Notes: a model not told the origin generated them from the sequence alone. Numbered from the whole stretch's first letter, positions 25,503 to 37,581 are shown. The stretch is 63,891 nucleotides of DNA, filler included, from Octopus bimaculoides (GCF_001194135.2; 4 parts of 3 records of this genome joined end to end with filler, not necessarily neighbours in it), one strand, 5' to 3'. A program made the numbers and translations.

Positions 25503-25602
25503 NNNNNNNNNNNNNNNNNNNNNNNNNNNNNNNNNNNNNNNNNNNNTTAATTAATTAANNNNNNNNNNNNNNNNNNNNNNNNNNNNNNNNNNNNNNNNNN
25601 NN
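25503..25602. other. Assembly join: 44 N + TTAATTAATTAA + 44 N
   Basis: Identical 100-nt construct at three places; the 12-mer has stops in all six frames. Confidence 0.95.
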
Positions 25603-25616
25603 AGTCATGAGATTTG

Positions 25617-25985
25617 TTGTTGGCACTCCGTCGCTTTCGTCATCGAGGGTTCCAGTTGATCCGATCAACGGAACAGCCTGCTTGTGAAATTAACGTGCAA
25701 GTGGCTGAGCACTCCACAGACACGTGTATCCTTAACGTAGTTCTCGGGGATATTCAGCATGACACAGTGTGACAAGTCTGGCCCTTTGAATTACAGGCAC
25801 AACAGAAACAGGAAGTAAGAGTGAGAGAAAGTTGTGGTGGAAGAGTACAATAGGGTTCGCCACCATCCCCTGCCGGAGCCTCGTGGAGCTTTAGGTGTTT
25901 TCGCTCAATAAACACTCACAACGCCCGGTCTGGGAATTGAAACCGCGATCTGCTGCCTTAACCACTGGGCCATTGCGCCTCCACT
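25617..25985 (-). mobile_element. tRNA-derived SINE with family C head and family D tail
   Basis: 25799-25985 is the reverse complement of the head at 52296-52480; 25617-25798 matches 54618-54800. Confidence 0.88.
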
Positions 25986-26192
25986 ATGAGATAACAGTTA
26001 AATACAGTATTACATAATGGTTCCATTGTGCTACCATACTATTTTATATTTTTCCCTATAGCTCTCTGGTTAATTACAATGCTAGACATTTGTGGTTCTG
26101 TTGTGCCACCATACCAAATCTCTGTCACTCTTTCTCTGTTTTTTCTCGTTCTTTATTTTTGTTTCATTTTTTTCTTTCCTGTTATAAAGTAC

Positions 26193-26500
26193 AGACATGG
26201 TTGTGTGGTTAAGAAGTTTGCTTCCCAGCCATCTGGTTTCAGGTTCAGTCCCACTGCATGGCAACTTTGTTTGACAAGTGCCTGCTTCTAAAATAGCTGC
26301 ATCCCAACCAAAGCCTTGTGAGTGGATTTAGTAGATGGCGGTGCTCCAGCATGACCACAGCTGCATGGCTGAAACGTGTAAAAGAGTAAAAGAAATTGAA
26401 AGAATCCCAGGTGTGGCTATGTTGTAAAAAAAACTTGCTTCGGGTTCAGTCTCACTGCATGACACCTTGGGCAAGTGTATTCCACTATAGCCTCAGGCTT
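26193..26500 (+). mobile_element. Two OR-like SINE (family B) fragments
   Basis: Heads GGTTGTGTGGTTAAGAAGTTTGCTTCCC and GGTTCAGTCTCACTGCATGACACCTTGGGCAAGTG; the first ends in the GTGCTCCAGCATG...AAAAGA tail. Confidence 0.8.
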
Positions 26501-27691
26501 ACCTCTTTTCCATACTGTAAACTTCATCATACAGCACACACACACACATACACACTTCCTTTGCTGATACCCTGGGATCATACCACAGAATGTGATCCCC
26601 AGGCCATTACCACAACAGCTCACCTCTTTACATTAACAGTACATTGTTTGATTAATGATTCATCTAACAAACCTACAGCCTTTAATTAAACTGCTTTTGT
26701 TATTGCTGTTGTAGTTTGGCCCCAGGTCTACTCCGATCAAAATACACCTATGGCCAACAGCCTTCCAATAGTGACCATCCCATCCTTTTTCTGTTTTTTT
26801 TTTTTGAGGGGGCAGACATATGGTATCTAAGACTACATTATGTCAATCATTCTTTTATTTTTAAGATGTTAGGATGTTGAGGCACGATGAGGTGTCTCTT
26901 TTCATATTGTAACTGTTGTTGTTGTTGTTGTTGTTGTATGTTTACATATACTGTAGATGTGTTGATTGTAAACAGTAAAGGTCACTTCTCTATGAAAACC
27001 TCCACCAAATACACAAAACAAACAATTTCTCACATTCAGGTTTTCCCCTCTTTACTAGGTTACCATAACAAACATCTTTTCAGCAACTGGATTTTAAGTA
27101 TTTTCTCACCATATCCGGTTGCAGCTCTCCTTGGAAATCAACTCTTTCGCATTTTATTGAACAAGATTATTGAACCAAGTCGTTCTGAAAAGAATTCCAT
27201 CTTCTTCATAATATTTTTCTGGTGTAATATTTATTCCTTCCTCTCTTCCAATACACGTATTCACTAATGCCAGATAACTGAGAAGACTTTTACTCCGATA
27301 TGAACAAAAGAAAAAAAAAACGTGCCAATCCAATGTCTTTGACCCCACAAGATGTTTACAGTCATAGATTATGGTAATCAAAACAACTTTCACTAAAACA
27401 GCACCATTAGTTTTGAGTTGAGAATAAAGGTTACAAGAATTGAATATTAGTTCCAAAGAGATTTTGTCACTGATTCTGTCACCGATTTATATTCACAACT
27501 ATTAAAGATGGTATCTCTAAAATTTGATACCAGACATAGAATTTCTGTTAACAATCCAAGATATGAGAGGGAACGGTTATAAATGTCAGCATAACTTAAA
27601 TGTCATCAGGATAAATCTTCCCTTCATCATAATCAGCATGGATCGCAATCTAAAACCCTCTCTCCAGGTTGGCATCGGTTGGGTGGTTTAA

Positions 27692-27910
27692 CCCTTTAGC
27701 ATTGACATTATTTTCTCAGAAGTAATGCTTATTTATTCACATCGTTTTGAACCATTCATGCATTATCTTATAGCCATGAGATTTTGATGAGGTAACTGTT
27801 AATTTTTAGAATGATATTGTATGGTTGGTGTGAGAAGCCAGATCTGGCTAGTTTGAACATAAAACAGGTAGAATATTTTGGCTGGATATTTTGGCTTGAA
27901 TACTGAAGGG
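27692..27910. mobile_element. piggyBac-type MITE
   Basis: TTAA|CCCTTTAGCATT ... AATACTGAAGGG|TTAA; 12-bp TIR with 2 mismatches and TTAA on both sides. Confidence 0.85.
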
Positions 27911-28249
27911 TTAAATACTGAATACTGAATACTGAAAGGTTAAATATTAAATACTGAATACTGAAGGGTTAACAGGTGCTGGCAAACCAGGTGCTGGCTT
28001 GATTACTGAAGGGTTAACAGGTGCTGGCAAACCAGAGGACTTATGTCAAGCTCCAGTGTCTACTTAGGCATGATTTTTATGGGTGGATGCTCTTCTTAAT
28101 GCCAACCACTTTACAGCATGGACTAGGTGTTCATGAGGCACTGGTACCAGCAAAGTTACCAAGTAACCTGCATGACAGACCCCCTCAGTTGAGGTGGTGG
28201 GGGGAGTATTGAGGGAGACAGCTTTATGCCAAGTAATAAGAGGTTAGAG

Positions 28250-28873
28250 CAACATTTCTCAACCAGGGTTCCCCAGATCCCTAGGGTTCCGCAAAATGTT
28301 CCTAGGGGTTCCATGAGAAAGAGTGAGATAAGCTAATGCTAATTTCATGATCATAATATTACTATACATGCACAACATATTATTGGTTATTGTAATATTG
28401 TAATATAGACATCTTCCTATCTAGCCTATTATGTTATCAAAAAAATAGAACAACCACGTGCACACACACACACTTATATTTTTTTTTTAATTCTTTTACT
28501 TGTTTCAGTCATTTGACTGCGGCCATGCTGGAGCACCGCCTTTAGTCGAACAAATCGACCCCACGACTTATTCTTTGTAAGCCTATTGTTTATTCTATCG
28601 GTCTTGTTTGCCAGACCGCTAAGTTACAGAGACGTAAACACACCAACATCGGTTGTCAAGCAATAGTAGTGGGGACAAACAGAGACACACAAATACATAT
28701 ATATATATATATATACAACAGGCTTCTTTCAGTTTCCATCTTCCAAATCCACTCATAAGGCTTTGGTCGGCCCAAGGCTATAGTAGGAGACACTTGCCCA
28801 AGGTGTCATGCAGTGGGACTGAACCTGGAACCATGTTTTTGGGAAGCAAGCTTCCTGCCACAAGGCATACCTG

Positions 28874-28908
<35 letters not shown>

Positions 28909-29040
28909 ATTTACCATGTGAACTACGATGAAAAATAAATGAGAAAGACATAGAATATAATTTTTTCATGCAGAGGTTCCTTGAGACATGTAATTTATTT
29001 TAAGGGTTCTACAAGGATTAAAAGGTTGAGAGAAACACTG
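28250..29040. mobile_element. hAT-superfamily MITE
   Basis: Ends CAACATTTCTCAACC ... GGTTGAGAGAAACACTG; exact 8-bp TSD GGTTAGAG at 28242-28249 and 29041-29048. Confidence 0.9.
28491..28875 (-). mobile_element. Near full-length OR-like tRNA/CORE SINE (family B), nested in the hAT MITE
   Basis: Minus strand has the tRNA-like head, CORE-like ACCTTGGGCAAGTG, internal (TA)n and the tail GGCGGTGCTCCAGCATGGCCGCAGTCAAATGACTGAAACAAGTAAAAGAA. Confidence 0.92.
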
Positions 29041-29504
29041 GGTTAGAGAATAATAAAGAGACAGAAACAGGTGTCTTGTACAGAAGATACATGGTTACCC
29101 CAGCTGGGAAAGAGAGAGGATGATGATGAAAATGTGTCAGGGTGTAACCTCAGGTGACATAGGAGAAATGGTGTGGGTGGATAATAAAAAAGAATTTATT
29201 TGACTCTTTCAATACTAAATCTACTGTGATCGTTGCCAGTTTTATCTAACAAAACCGCTTGTTTGAAATGGTCTTAAGTTACATTAATAAAGAGGTGCCC
29301 AGTCTGGCTCTCACACAGGTCAACATCCATAGTGCCCTACTGATACAATACTTCCATAAAGGGGTCGAGAACATGTCTGTTTACTTTACTCACCACAAAT
29401 TTGTTTCGAGTTAACTTTTTTTCTTTTTGTGTTTGTTTTTTTTCTTCTAAATATCTCCTACTTTGCATGTGTTAGCACTAACTTAACTGTTGTGTTTTCT
29501 GCAG

Positions 29505-29627
29505 ATGGCATCTCTGACTTATCATTATCCTTTAATCAGTTCTGTTTTCCAACATCAACTAATGTACTGTTGGTTGGAGATTTCTGTACAGTTTCTTCGA
29601 GATTCTTTCATCTACAGTCTCTCTAAC
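29505..29627 (+). CDS. Possible internal exon of the + strand gene (MASLTYHYPLISSVFQHQLMYCWLEISVQFLRDSFIYSLSN)
   Basis: Good acceptor TGTGTTTTCTGCAG; a phase-2 donor AA|GTTGAG would join 30234 in frame, but that donor is weak and a second frame is open for most of the length. Confidence 0.3.
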
Positions 29628-29747
29628 AAGTTGAGTGAAGTCTGTATTACTGAAAAGTTCAGCATTAGACCCAAACATGCCCAGAATCATTGTTAGAAAA
29701 CTCCAAAATAACATAATTCATTGACTAACAATATATATATATATATG

Positions 29748-29936
29748 TGCTGGTGGCACGTAAAAAGCACCCACTACATTCTCGGAGTGCTTGGCGTTAG
29801 GAAGGGCATCCAGGTGTAGAAACACTGCCAGATCATATTGGGGCCTGATGTAGCCTCCTGGCTTCCCAGACCCCAGTCAAACCGTCCAACCCATGCCAGC
29901 ATGGAAAACGGACGTTAAACGATGATGATGATGATT
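29748..29936 (+). mobile_element. Retroposon family E, RTE-like 3' tail ending (GAT)n
   Basis: TTAGGAAGGGCATCCAG...CAACCCATGCCAGCATGGAAAACGGACGTTAAAC(GAT)n; related copies at 31880-31995 (+), 49575-49742 (+), 51222-51350 (-). Confidence 0.8.
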
Positions 29937-29987
29937 TCTATACACACATACACACATATGTACACATACAGCTGTATATATGCACAC

Positions 29988-30039
<52 letters not shown>

Positions 30040-30233
30040 TCACATATATGTATACATACAGCTATATATACACACAAACACACACACACATCATCATCAT
30101 ACATATATTTCTTGTTTTCTAATTAATTGTTTAATCGTTCAAGTATGAAATATGTTACCATTTATTAATTTGTTCTGGTTGTTGTAATGGAAACTAACAA
30201 ATGTATTTTTTCTTTCTTTCTGTCTTTGCTCAG

Positions 30234-30422
30234 TTACCGAATCTATGATGATGATGTTGCCAGTGATGTGAGTAACGGCCAGGGCGAAAGTCCTTTAGAC
30301 AATGAACTGAGGGAAAATGGTCCTTTGCTGCCACATAACACCCACACAGTGAAAATTGAGGGTCAGAGTAATTCTCCCACCCCTCCACTGACTACAGACC
30401 CCTCGCTCGGCAGCCCTGCCAG
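30234..30422 (+). CDS. Penultimate coding exon of an unidentified gene (YRIYDDDVASDVSNGQGESPLDNELRENGPLLPH...SLGSPA)
   Basis: Pyrimidine tract TTTCTTTCTGTCTTTGCTCAG, donor AG|GTATCT, 189 nt, phase 2 to phase 2, open and non-repetitive. Confidence 0.75.
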
Positions 30423-30602
30423 GTATCTAAACTATATTTGTTTATTAAAACACGAGCCTAATAATTTGGTTGACTTTTGGAAAAGTAGAAAGAGTCAGTT
30501 TTGATATTTTGGACAATGTCCTTCTTTGGAATATTGCTAAAGGGAGGAGGAAGAGAAGACAAGAAATAAATAAAATGGAAAATGTTCACACCCACACACA
30601 TG

Positions 30603-30644
<42 letters not shown>

Positions 30645-31458
30645 AATAAAAGGGTAAAGGAATATTAATTTATTAATAAATTAATAATTTTTACCAAGCA
30701 CTTCGGTATGTAAACACCATTNNNNNNNNNNNNNNNNNNNNNNNNNNNNNNNNNNNNNNNNNNNNNNNNNNNNNNNNNNNNNNNNNNNNNNNNNNNNNNN
30801 NNNNNNNNNNNNNNNNNNNNNNNNNNNNNNNNNNNNNNNNNNNNNNNNNNNNNNNNNNNNNNNNNNNNNNNNNNNNNNNNNNNNNNNNNNNNNNNNNNNN
30901 NNNNNNNNNNNNNNNNNNNNNNNNNNNNNNNNNNNNNNNNNNNNNNNNNNNNNNNNNNNNNNNNNNNNNNNNNNNNNNNNNNNNNNNNNNNNNNNNNNNN
31001 NNNNNNNNNNNNNNNNNNNNNNNNNNNNNNNNNNNNNNNNNNNNNNNNNNNNNNNNNNNNNNNNNNNNNNNNNNNNNNNNNNNNNNNNNNNNNNNNNNNN
31101 NNNNNNNNNNNNNNNNNNNNNNNNNNNNNNNNNNNNNNNNNNNNNNNNNNNNNNNNNNNNNNNNNNNNNNNNNNNNNNNNNNNNNNNNNNNNNNNNNNNN
31201 NNNNNNNNNNNNNNNNNNNNNNNNNNNNNNNNNNNNNNNNNNNNNNNNNNNNNNNNNNNNNNNNNNNNNNNNNNNNNNNNNNNNNNNNNNNNNNNNNNNN
31301 NNNNNNNNNNNNNNNNNNNNNNNNNNNNNNNNNNNNNNNNNNNNNNNNNNNNNNNNNNNNNNNNNNNNNNNNNNNNNNNNNNNNNNNNNNNNNNNNNNNN
31401 NNNNNNNNNNNNNNNNNNNNNNNNNNNNNNNNNNNNNNNNNNNNNNNNNNNNNNNNNN

Positions 31459-31531
31459 CGACTAAAAGGCGGTGCCCCAGCATGGCCGCAGTCAAATGAC
31501 TGAAACAAGTAAAAGATTAAAAAGAAAAATA

Positions 31532-31565
<34 letters not shown>

Positions 31566-31725
31566 ACAAGCATGAATGTGTAGTTAAGAAGTTTGCTTCC
31601 CAACCACAAGGTTTGGGGTTCAGTCCCACTGCATGGCATCTTCAGCAGGTGTTTTCTACTAAAGCCCCAGACCAACCAAAGCCTTATGAGCAGATTTGAT
31701 AGATGGAAACAGAAAGAAGTCTGTT
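31459..31725 (+). mobile_element. Family B SINE 3' end (31459-31525) and a second family B 5' half (31565-31725)
   Basis: CGACTAAAAGGCGGTGCCCCAGCATGGCC tail; GTAGTTAAGAAGTTTGCTTCCC...CAGTCCCACTGC head. Confidence 0.82.
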
Positions 31726-32099
31726 GTGTGTGTGTGTGTGTGTGTGTCCTTCACATTGCAGAGCAGTTGTAAACGAGCATCACTTTCATACAAGTTAGGG
31801 TTCTTTGTTTTCAAGCAAAGTAATATTGATCTGTGGCCAGTCATGTGAAAATCAAGCAAGGTTTTCACATGTAGTCATGTGAAAACCTTTACTTGGAAAC
31901 ATGTAAGGGTTGGTAACAGGAAAGGCATCCACCAAAGCAAATCTGCCTCAACAAATTCACTGACAAACATGGAAAGAACGATGGTGATGATGATGATTGT
32001 GTTTGTTTCTCTCAGAAATTGTTACAAATAATATTATCGATCAGCAAATGTTGTCTCTAATGAACAAAATCTCGATAAATGATTGTCTGTATTTTTCAG

Positions 32100-32364
32100 A
32101 ACCCAACAAGTTATCCCAGAAAGTATTAACAACACAGACCAAGACAATGTAGTTCTTCAAAGTCCAAACAAAGGCAGACCAGCTGATATCAAGAATAACC
32201 CAGAGGAAACAGCCACAGATGGGCCGCAAGAGGAAGAGGTAGAGGAAGAAGAGGACCTGATGAAGGTTTCTGACAGTCCAACACGAGAACAACCGACAAG
32301 TCCTAGTCAACTTCCAGCGTATATCTCTGCTACGGATAATGAGATTAAGCAGTTGGCAAGTTGA
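32100..32364 (+). CDS. Terminal coding exon of the same gene (TQQVIPESINN...EEEVEEEEDLMK...NEIKQLAS*); acidic, probably disordered C-terminus
   Basis: Acceptor TGTATTTTTCAG, phase 2 matches the exon ending at 30422 (AG+A = Arg); open to TGA; AATAAA at 33228 and 33421. Confidence 0.75.
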
Positions 32365-32459
32365 TATGCCATAATAGTGATCTTCATGCCATTTCTACGC
32401 CTGCATCTGTAATTTCAATGTGAACGCTGTCTCTTACACTTTAAACATTAAATTAGTCT

Positions 32460-32660
32460 CCAAGAACACGCATTAAACCATTCTCTCAAAGAACATAGAT
32501 TAAACCCTTCTCCAAGCATCACATTAAGCAATTCTCTCAAAGAATACCCATTGAAAATCTTTTCAAGAACACAATTCAAACTATCCTGCTAGAATACAGA
32601 CTAAACCATTCTCCAAAAAAAAAGAAAAAAACTTTCTCCAAGAACATGTGTCAAACCAAT
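32460..32660. repeat. Degenerate 25-26-nt tandem repeat, about 8 units
   Basis: Recurring CAAGAACAC..ATTAAACCATTCTCT-like unit. Confidence 0.7.
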
Positions 32661-33784
32661 ATGAAAATCCTCCAAACTTTAACAGTTTTTAATTGTTGTT
32701 GTTGTTGTTTAACCCCAGGTCAAGTATAACCAAGCAGTTCTATGACCATTCCATCATATTTTCAAACATTGTGTCCCAAGAACACATTACCCAGTATGTA
32801 CTTCTTTTTTTTAAAGGCTGCAAGGCATATTCTGAGTGGAATTTGATTGCACTTTCTTGCAGATTGAGTAACTATGTGGAAGCACCTAGATTTTTCTTTT
32901 TGTTTCAGTTTCTTTTGATTTATTCTTCCAACAAGGTACATACAGCAAGGTACATGTAACTAGGTACATGCAACTAGGTGCATCAAGATACTTACATCAA
33001 GGTACCAACATGCTAGACCCCAGATCAGATGATTCTTGTTTGTTTTTGCAGTATTTTTCTCATTATAACAATTAGTATTGTCCCTAAGCAATGATACATC
33101 TGATCTCGGTCAGGAATTGAACCCTTGTCTTTAATTTACCAATGTGTCTGTTACAGTCCCCACTGAGCCATTATTCTACAAGTCAATGCTTGTTTTCCCA
33201 TATTAGGGTTCTCCCCTTAAACATTCAAATAAAAACATTTACATCCATTCTTTTTTCGCTCCTCCAAGATCTGCACTGTGGGCCAGTGGTAAAGTAGACC
33301 CAACTGGTAAAGTAAAATTTTCTGGTTCAATCTCTGGCCAAGTTTAGCAACATAACCTGAAAATGATTAGAGAGAATACCAACCGAATTGTTATGTCAGC
33401 AAAACTCCCAAAGCAAAGAAAATAAAACAATCAAACTTCAGTTGATTTCCTAAATGAAACAATTTGGTAGTAAAAGACATGTAGACGTTTCCTAAGTTGT
33501 TCGAAACACGTAACTTACTCTGCTCTCTTTTACAATTCCATTTAGAGATTGCTTTAACAGAAACAAAACCTTGAGATAATATTCTCTACCGATTCTTTCT
33601 TCATGTTCAAATTTATTGTGTAACTTCCATATTTTGGGGGTTTTGTTTGTTTCTTTATGCTGTTTTACTTTTTATTTTTTTGTAGCTGTTTCACCAAATT
33701 TGAAACCTTTTCTTCCCCAAATTTGTGATCCTGTGCCAATATTATAAGTCATTATCATCATCATCATCATCATCATCATTATAA

Positions 33785-34506
33785 GGTGGCGAGCTGGCAG
33801 AATCGTTAGCATGCCAGGCAAAATGCTTAGCGGCATTTCGTCCATCTTTATGTTCTGAGTTCAAATTACACCGAGGCTGACTTTGCCTTTCACACTTTTG
33901 GGGTCAATGAAATAAGTACCAGTTGAGTTCTGGGGTCGATGTAATCGACTAAACCCCACCCCCAAATTTCAGACCTTGTGCTTATAGTAGAAAGAATTAT
34001 TATTATTATTATTGTTATTGTTATTATTATTATTATTATATAAGGATGCAAGCTGGCAGAATCATTAGCACACTGGATGAAATACTTGTGGTATTTCGCC
34101 CATCACTACGTTCTGAGTTCAAATTCCGCCAAGGTAGCCTTTGCCTTTCATCCTTTTGGGGTCAATAAATTAAGTACCAGTGAAACACTGGGGTCAATGT
34201 AATTGATGAGTCGCCTCCCCCAAATTTCAGGCCTTGTGCCTATAGTAGAAAGGATTATTATTATTATTATTATTAAGGCATTGAGCTGGTAGAGTCATTA
34301 CCATGCTGGGCAAAATGCTTAGAGGCATTTCATTCAAATTCTACCAAGGTCAACTTTCTCTCTCATCCTTTCGGGGTTGATAGACTAAGTACCAGTTGCA
34401 TATTGGGATCAATGTAATCAACCAGGCCCTTTCCTCAAAGTTGCAGACCTTGTGCCAAAATTTGAAAGCATTATGATTATCATTATTATTATTATTATTA
34501 TTATTA

Positions 34507-34589
<83 letters not shown>

Positions 34590-35107
34590 GTTATTATTAT
34601 TATTATTATTATTATTGTTATTATTATTATTATTNNNNNNNNNNNNNNNNNNNNNNNNNNNNNNNNNNNNNNNNNNNNNNNNNNNNNNNNNNNNNNNNNN
34701 NNNNNNNNNNNNNNNNNNNNNNNNNNNNNNNNNNNNNNNNNNNNNNNNNNNNNNNNNNNNNNNNNNNNNNNNNNNNNNNNNNNNNNNNNNNNNNNNNNNN
34801 NNNNNNNNNNNNNNNNNNNNNNNNNNNNNNNNNNNNNNNNNNNNNNNNNNNNNNNNNNNNNNNNNNNNNNNNNNNNNNNNNNNNNNNNNNNNNNNNNNNN
34901 NNNNNNNNNNNNNNNNNNNNNNNNNNNNNNNNNNNNNNNNNNNNNNNNNNNNNNNNNNNNNNNNNNNNNNNNNNNNNNNNNNNNNNNNNNNNNNNNNNNN
35001 NNNNNNNNNNNNNNNNNNNNNNNNNNNNNNNNNNNNNNNNNNNNNNTCAATGTAATTGACAATCCCACTGCCCGCAAATTCCAGGCCTTGTGCCTATAGT
35101 TGAAAGG

Positions 35108-35108
<1 letters not shown>
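33785..35108 (+). mobile_element. Array of four head-to-tail SINE family A copies (33785-33996, 34044-34253, 34277-34470, 3' end at 35047-35108) joined by (TTA)n
   Basis: Repeated head GAGCTGGCAGAATC, CAAATT, GGGGTCAATAAA and tail GCCTTGTGCC..AGTAGAAAGGATT. Confidence 0.92.
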
Positions 35109-35146
<38 letters not shown>

Positions 35147-35805
35147 GTTATTATTATTTTTATTATTATTATTGTTGTAAAAGTATGTTGGCAAAAATGA
35201 TAGTGTTGAGTCAAGTAACTTACAGTAGGTATATTGTTGATGTACCAGTCATGAACTGGGGATCAATTGACTATACCTCTGCCCCACCCACCTACTACCA
35301 CCACTACCATCACCACAAACACACACATTTCAGTCCTTGTAGCCACATTTAAGTTTAGAATTATTTCATATTGTACATAGGTGGTGGAGGACAGAATTGA
35401 TAAAGTAAGACAAATGCCTTGTGGTATTTACATAGGCGTCTTTGTGCCCTGTGTTCAAATCCCACAAGATCCTTCTACTATCTGTTCAATACCTCCTCTT
35501 GAACCAATACCATAAGGGGTTAAATATACACCCCACACACAAACACACACATATATGGATCAAATACATATTGACACTCACACATACATATAGTGATTAA
35601 ATACACACACACATCATAGAAATTAAATGCATATAATAGACACATACACACACACACACAATTTAAATACAAAAGACATGAATCCATACAATATAACAGA
35701 AAATATATTATTTACTCAATGTTTCTTGCTAAAACTTATATATATATATATATATATCTAGCTTTTACTTTACCTATATATATNNNNNNNNNNNNNNNNN
35801 NNNNN

Positions 35806-35844
<39 letters not shown>

Positions 35845-36158
35845 TACACCCACACCCACCAACATATATATATATATGTGTACATACAAATATACATACA
35901 TATAATTAATATTGTTATATTCTATATATTAATATACAATTAAATATAAGTGAAATATGTATATAATTGTAATATTCTATACATATACATAACATAGTTT
36001 CACTGGAATGTATATATATATAATTGTAATATTTTACACACATACAGTATACAATCCTATGTCTAAATGTACAAATCTTTGCCAGTTATATACTGGGGTC
36101 CAGCTGTAAACTCCACTGTCCCAAACAATGTGTGGCTTTGTGCCAATCCTAGATGCCA

Positions 36159-36366
36159 TCAAACCATTTGATTATTCAACAGAGAGAAGTCTGTTAAACC
36201 ATATTCTTTTCTTTCTTTATCTTTTTTTGTCTTGGATTTTCTTCCTCTGTCTTTCAGAGGCGTCCTTCTTCTGTTCATTCCATCTTGTTCTACCATTCCA
36301 CTACCAACCGCCAACCTTTCATAATCCAAAGTATTATTGTCATAGCAATTCACATTCCTCACTCTT
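36159..36366 (-). CDS. Candidate terminal coding exon (RVRNVNCYDNNTLDYERLAVG...RGRKSKTKKDKERKEYGLTDFSLLNNQMV*)
   Basis: Non-repetitive open frame with a basic stretch; acceptor TTTGAATCCAG of moderate strength, phase 2 start; AT-rich UTR-like sequence follows. Confidence 0.5.
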
Positions 36367-36444
36367 CTGGATTCAAACATTTAAGAATTACATGGCCAAA
36401 GAAGATAACTGTATCTATATCACAGCATGCAATTTATATCATCA

Positions 36445-36518
<74 letters not shown>

Positions 36519-36681
36519 TACACACACAGATATATGTATGTGTGTGTGTACACACAACATGCAATTATATATGCCTGTGTGTGTGTGTGCGTGCACACAT
36601 ACAACATGTAATTTATATCATCGTTTATATATGTGTGTACATGTGTATACACACAACTTGCAATTTCTTTCATTATCTGTG

Positions 36682-36718
<37 letters not shown>

Positions 36719-37531
36719 GCACACACTTACATAGTAATTAATTAATGTCAAGGCAGAACACAGAAAAAGTCAAGGTTAAAAACTACAAAATTTTGTTGAA
36801 TACTGTAAAAAGGAAATTGACATTTTGAACAGTTTTATTATATAACCTTGTGTGTGTGTGTAATGATGTTTATTTACATAATCATCTTCTTTTTTTTTGC
36901 TCTAATTAAATTTTAAAAGTGATGTACCAAAATATGAATTATTTTTGCCTCTAAATCCATCCCATTATCTCATTTTACTTACCTCCCTTTATTCCTATTT
37001 TTAATTATTTTTCATTAGTTCTTTTGTATCTAATTATTTCCTGTATCATTAGTTATTTTGTGTCTAATCATCTGCAGTATCTCAATGAATTTCTCCTTCG
37101 ATTATCATTAAGGTGACCACACTTCTCTACATAGAATTCTAATGATGTATTAAGCTGAGAATTGAACTTGTTGCCAGTTGGTTACAAACTAAGAGGATTT
37201 CTTGAATGGGTTTTATTCACAACAACACCTGGTGGTAGTGTTGCCCTCCCTCCTGGAAGGATGACACTAGCTGTCATGGATTTACAATAAAGGAACACAC
37301 ACACACACATGCACAGGATCATTGCAAAGAAATTAAATACACACACCACAGAAATGAAATACACACACATCATGGAGATTACATGTACAATCACGCACAC
37401 ATACACACACACTCACACACACACACACACATTCACTGTAAAAAAATTTAATACACACACCACAGAAATTGAATAGGCACGCATCATGGAGATTACACAT
37501 AGTCATACATGCACACACTCTCTCTCTCTCA

Positions 37532-37581
<50 letters not shown>

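Larger units (their letters stand above)
28030..29130 (-). mobile_element. Retroposon family E remnant (RTE-like 3' tail), split by a hAT MITE
   Basis: GGGTGGATGCTCTTCTTAATGCCAACCACT is the reverse complement of the GTTGGCGTTAGGAAGGGCATCCA tail motif seen at 29790; sequence resumes after the 8-bp TSD at 29048. Confidence 0.55.

Noticed and set aside
25547-25558. Palindromic TTAATTAATTAA islands, also at 53293 and 62609
   Set aside because: Always centred in exactly 100 nt with 44 N each side; a six-frame-stop spacer added in assembly, not biology.
27059-27223. Hydrophobic open frame with a good acceptor (GYHNKHLFSNWILSIFSPYP...)
   Set aside because: Donor and phase could not be tied unambiguously to the downstream exons; mentioned only as a possibility.
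33785-35108. Repeat-spacer-like periodicity suggesting a CRISPR array
   Set aside because: Units are about 210-nt SINEs separated by microsatellites in a eukaryotic genome.
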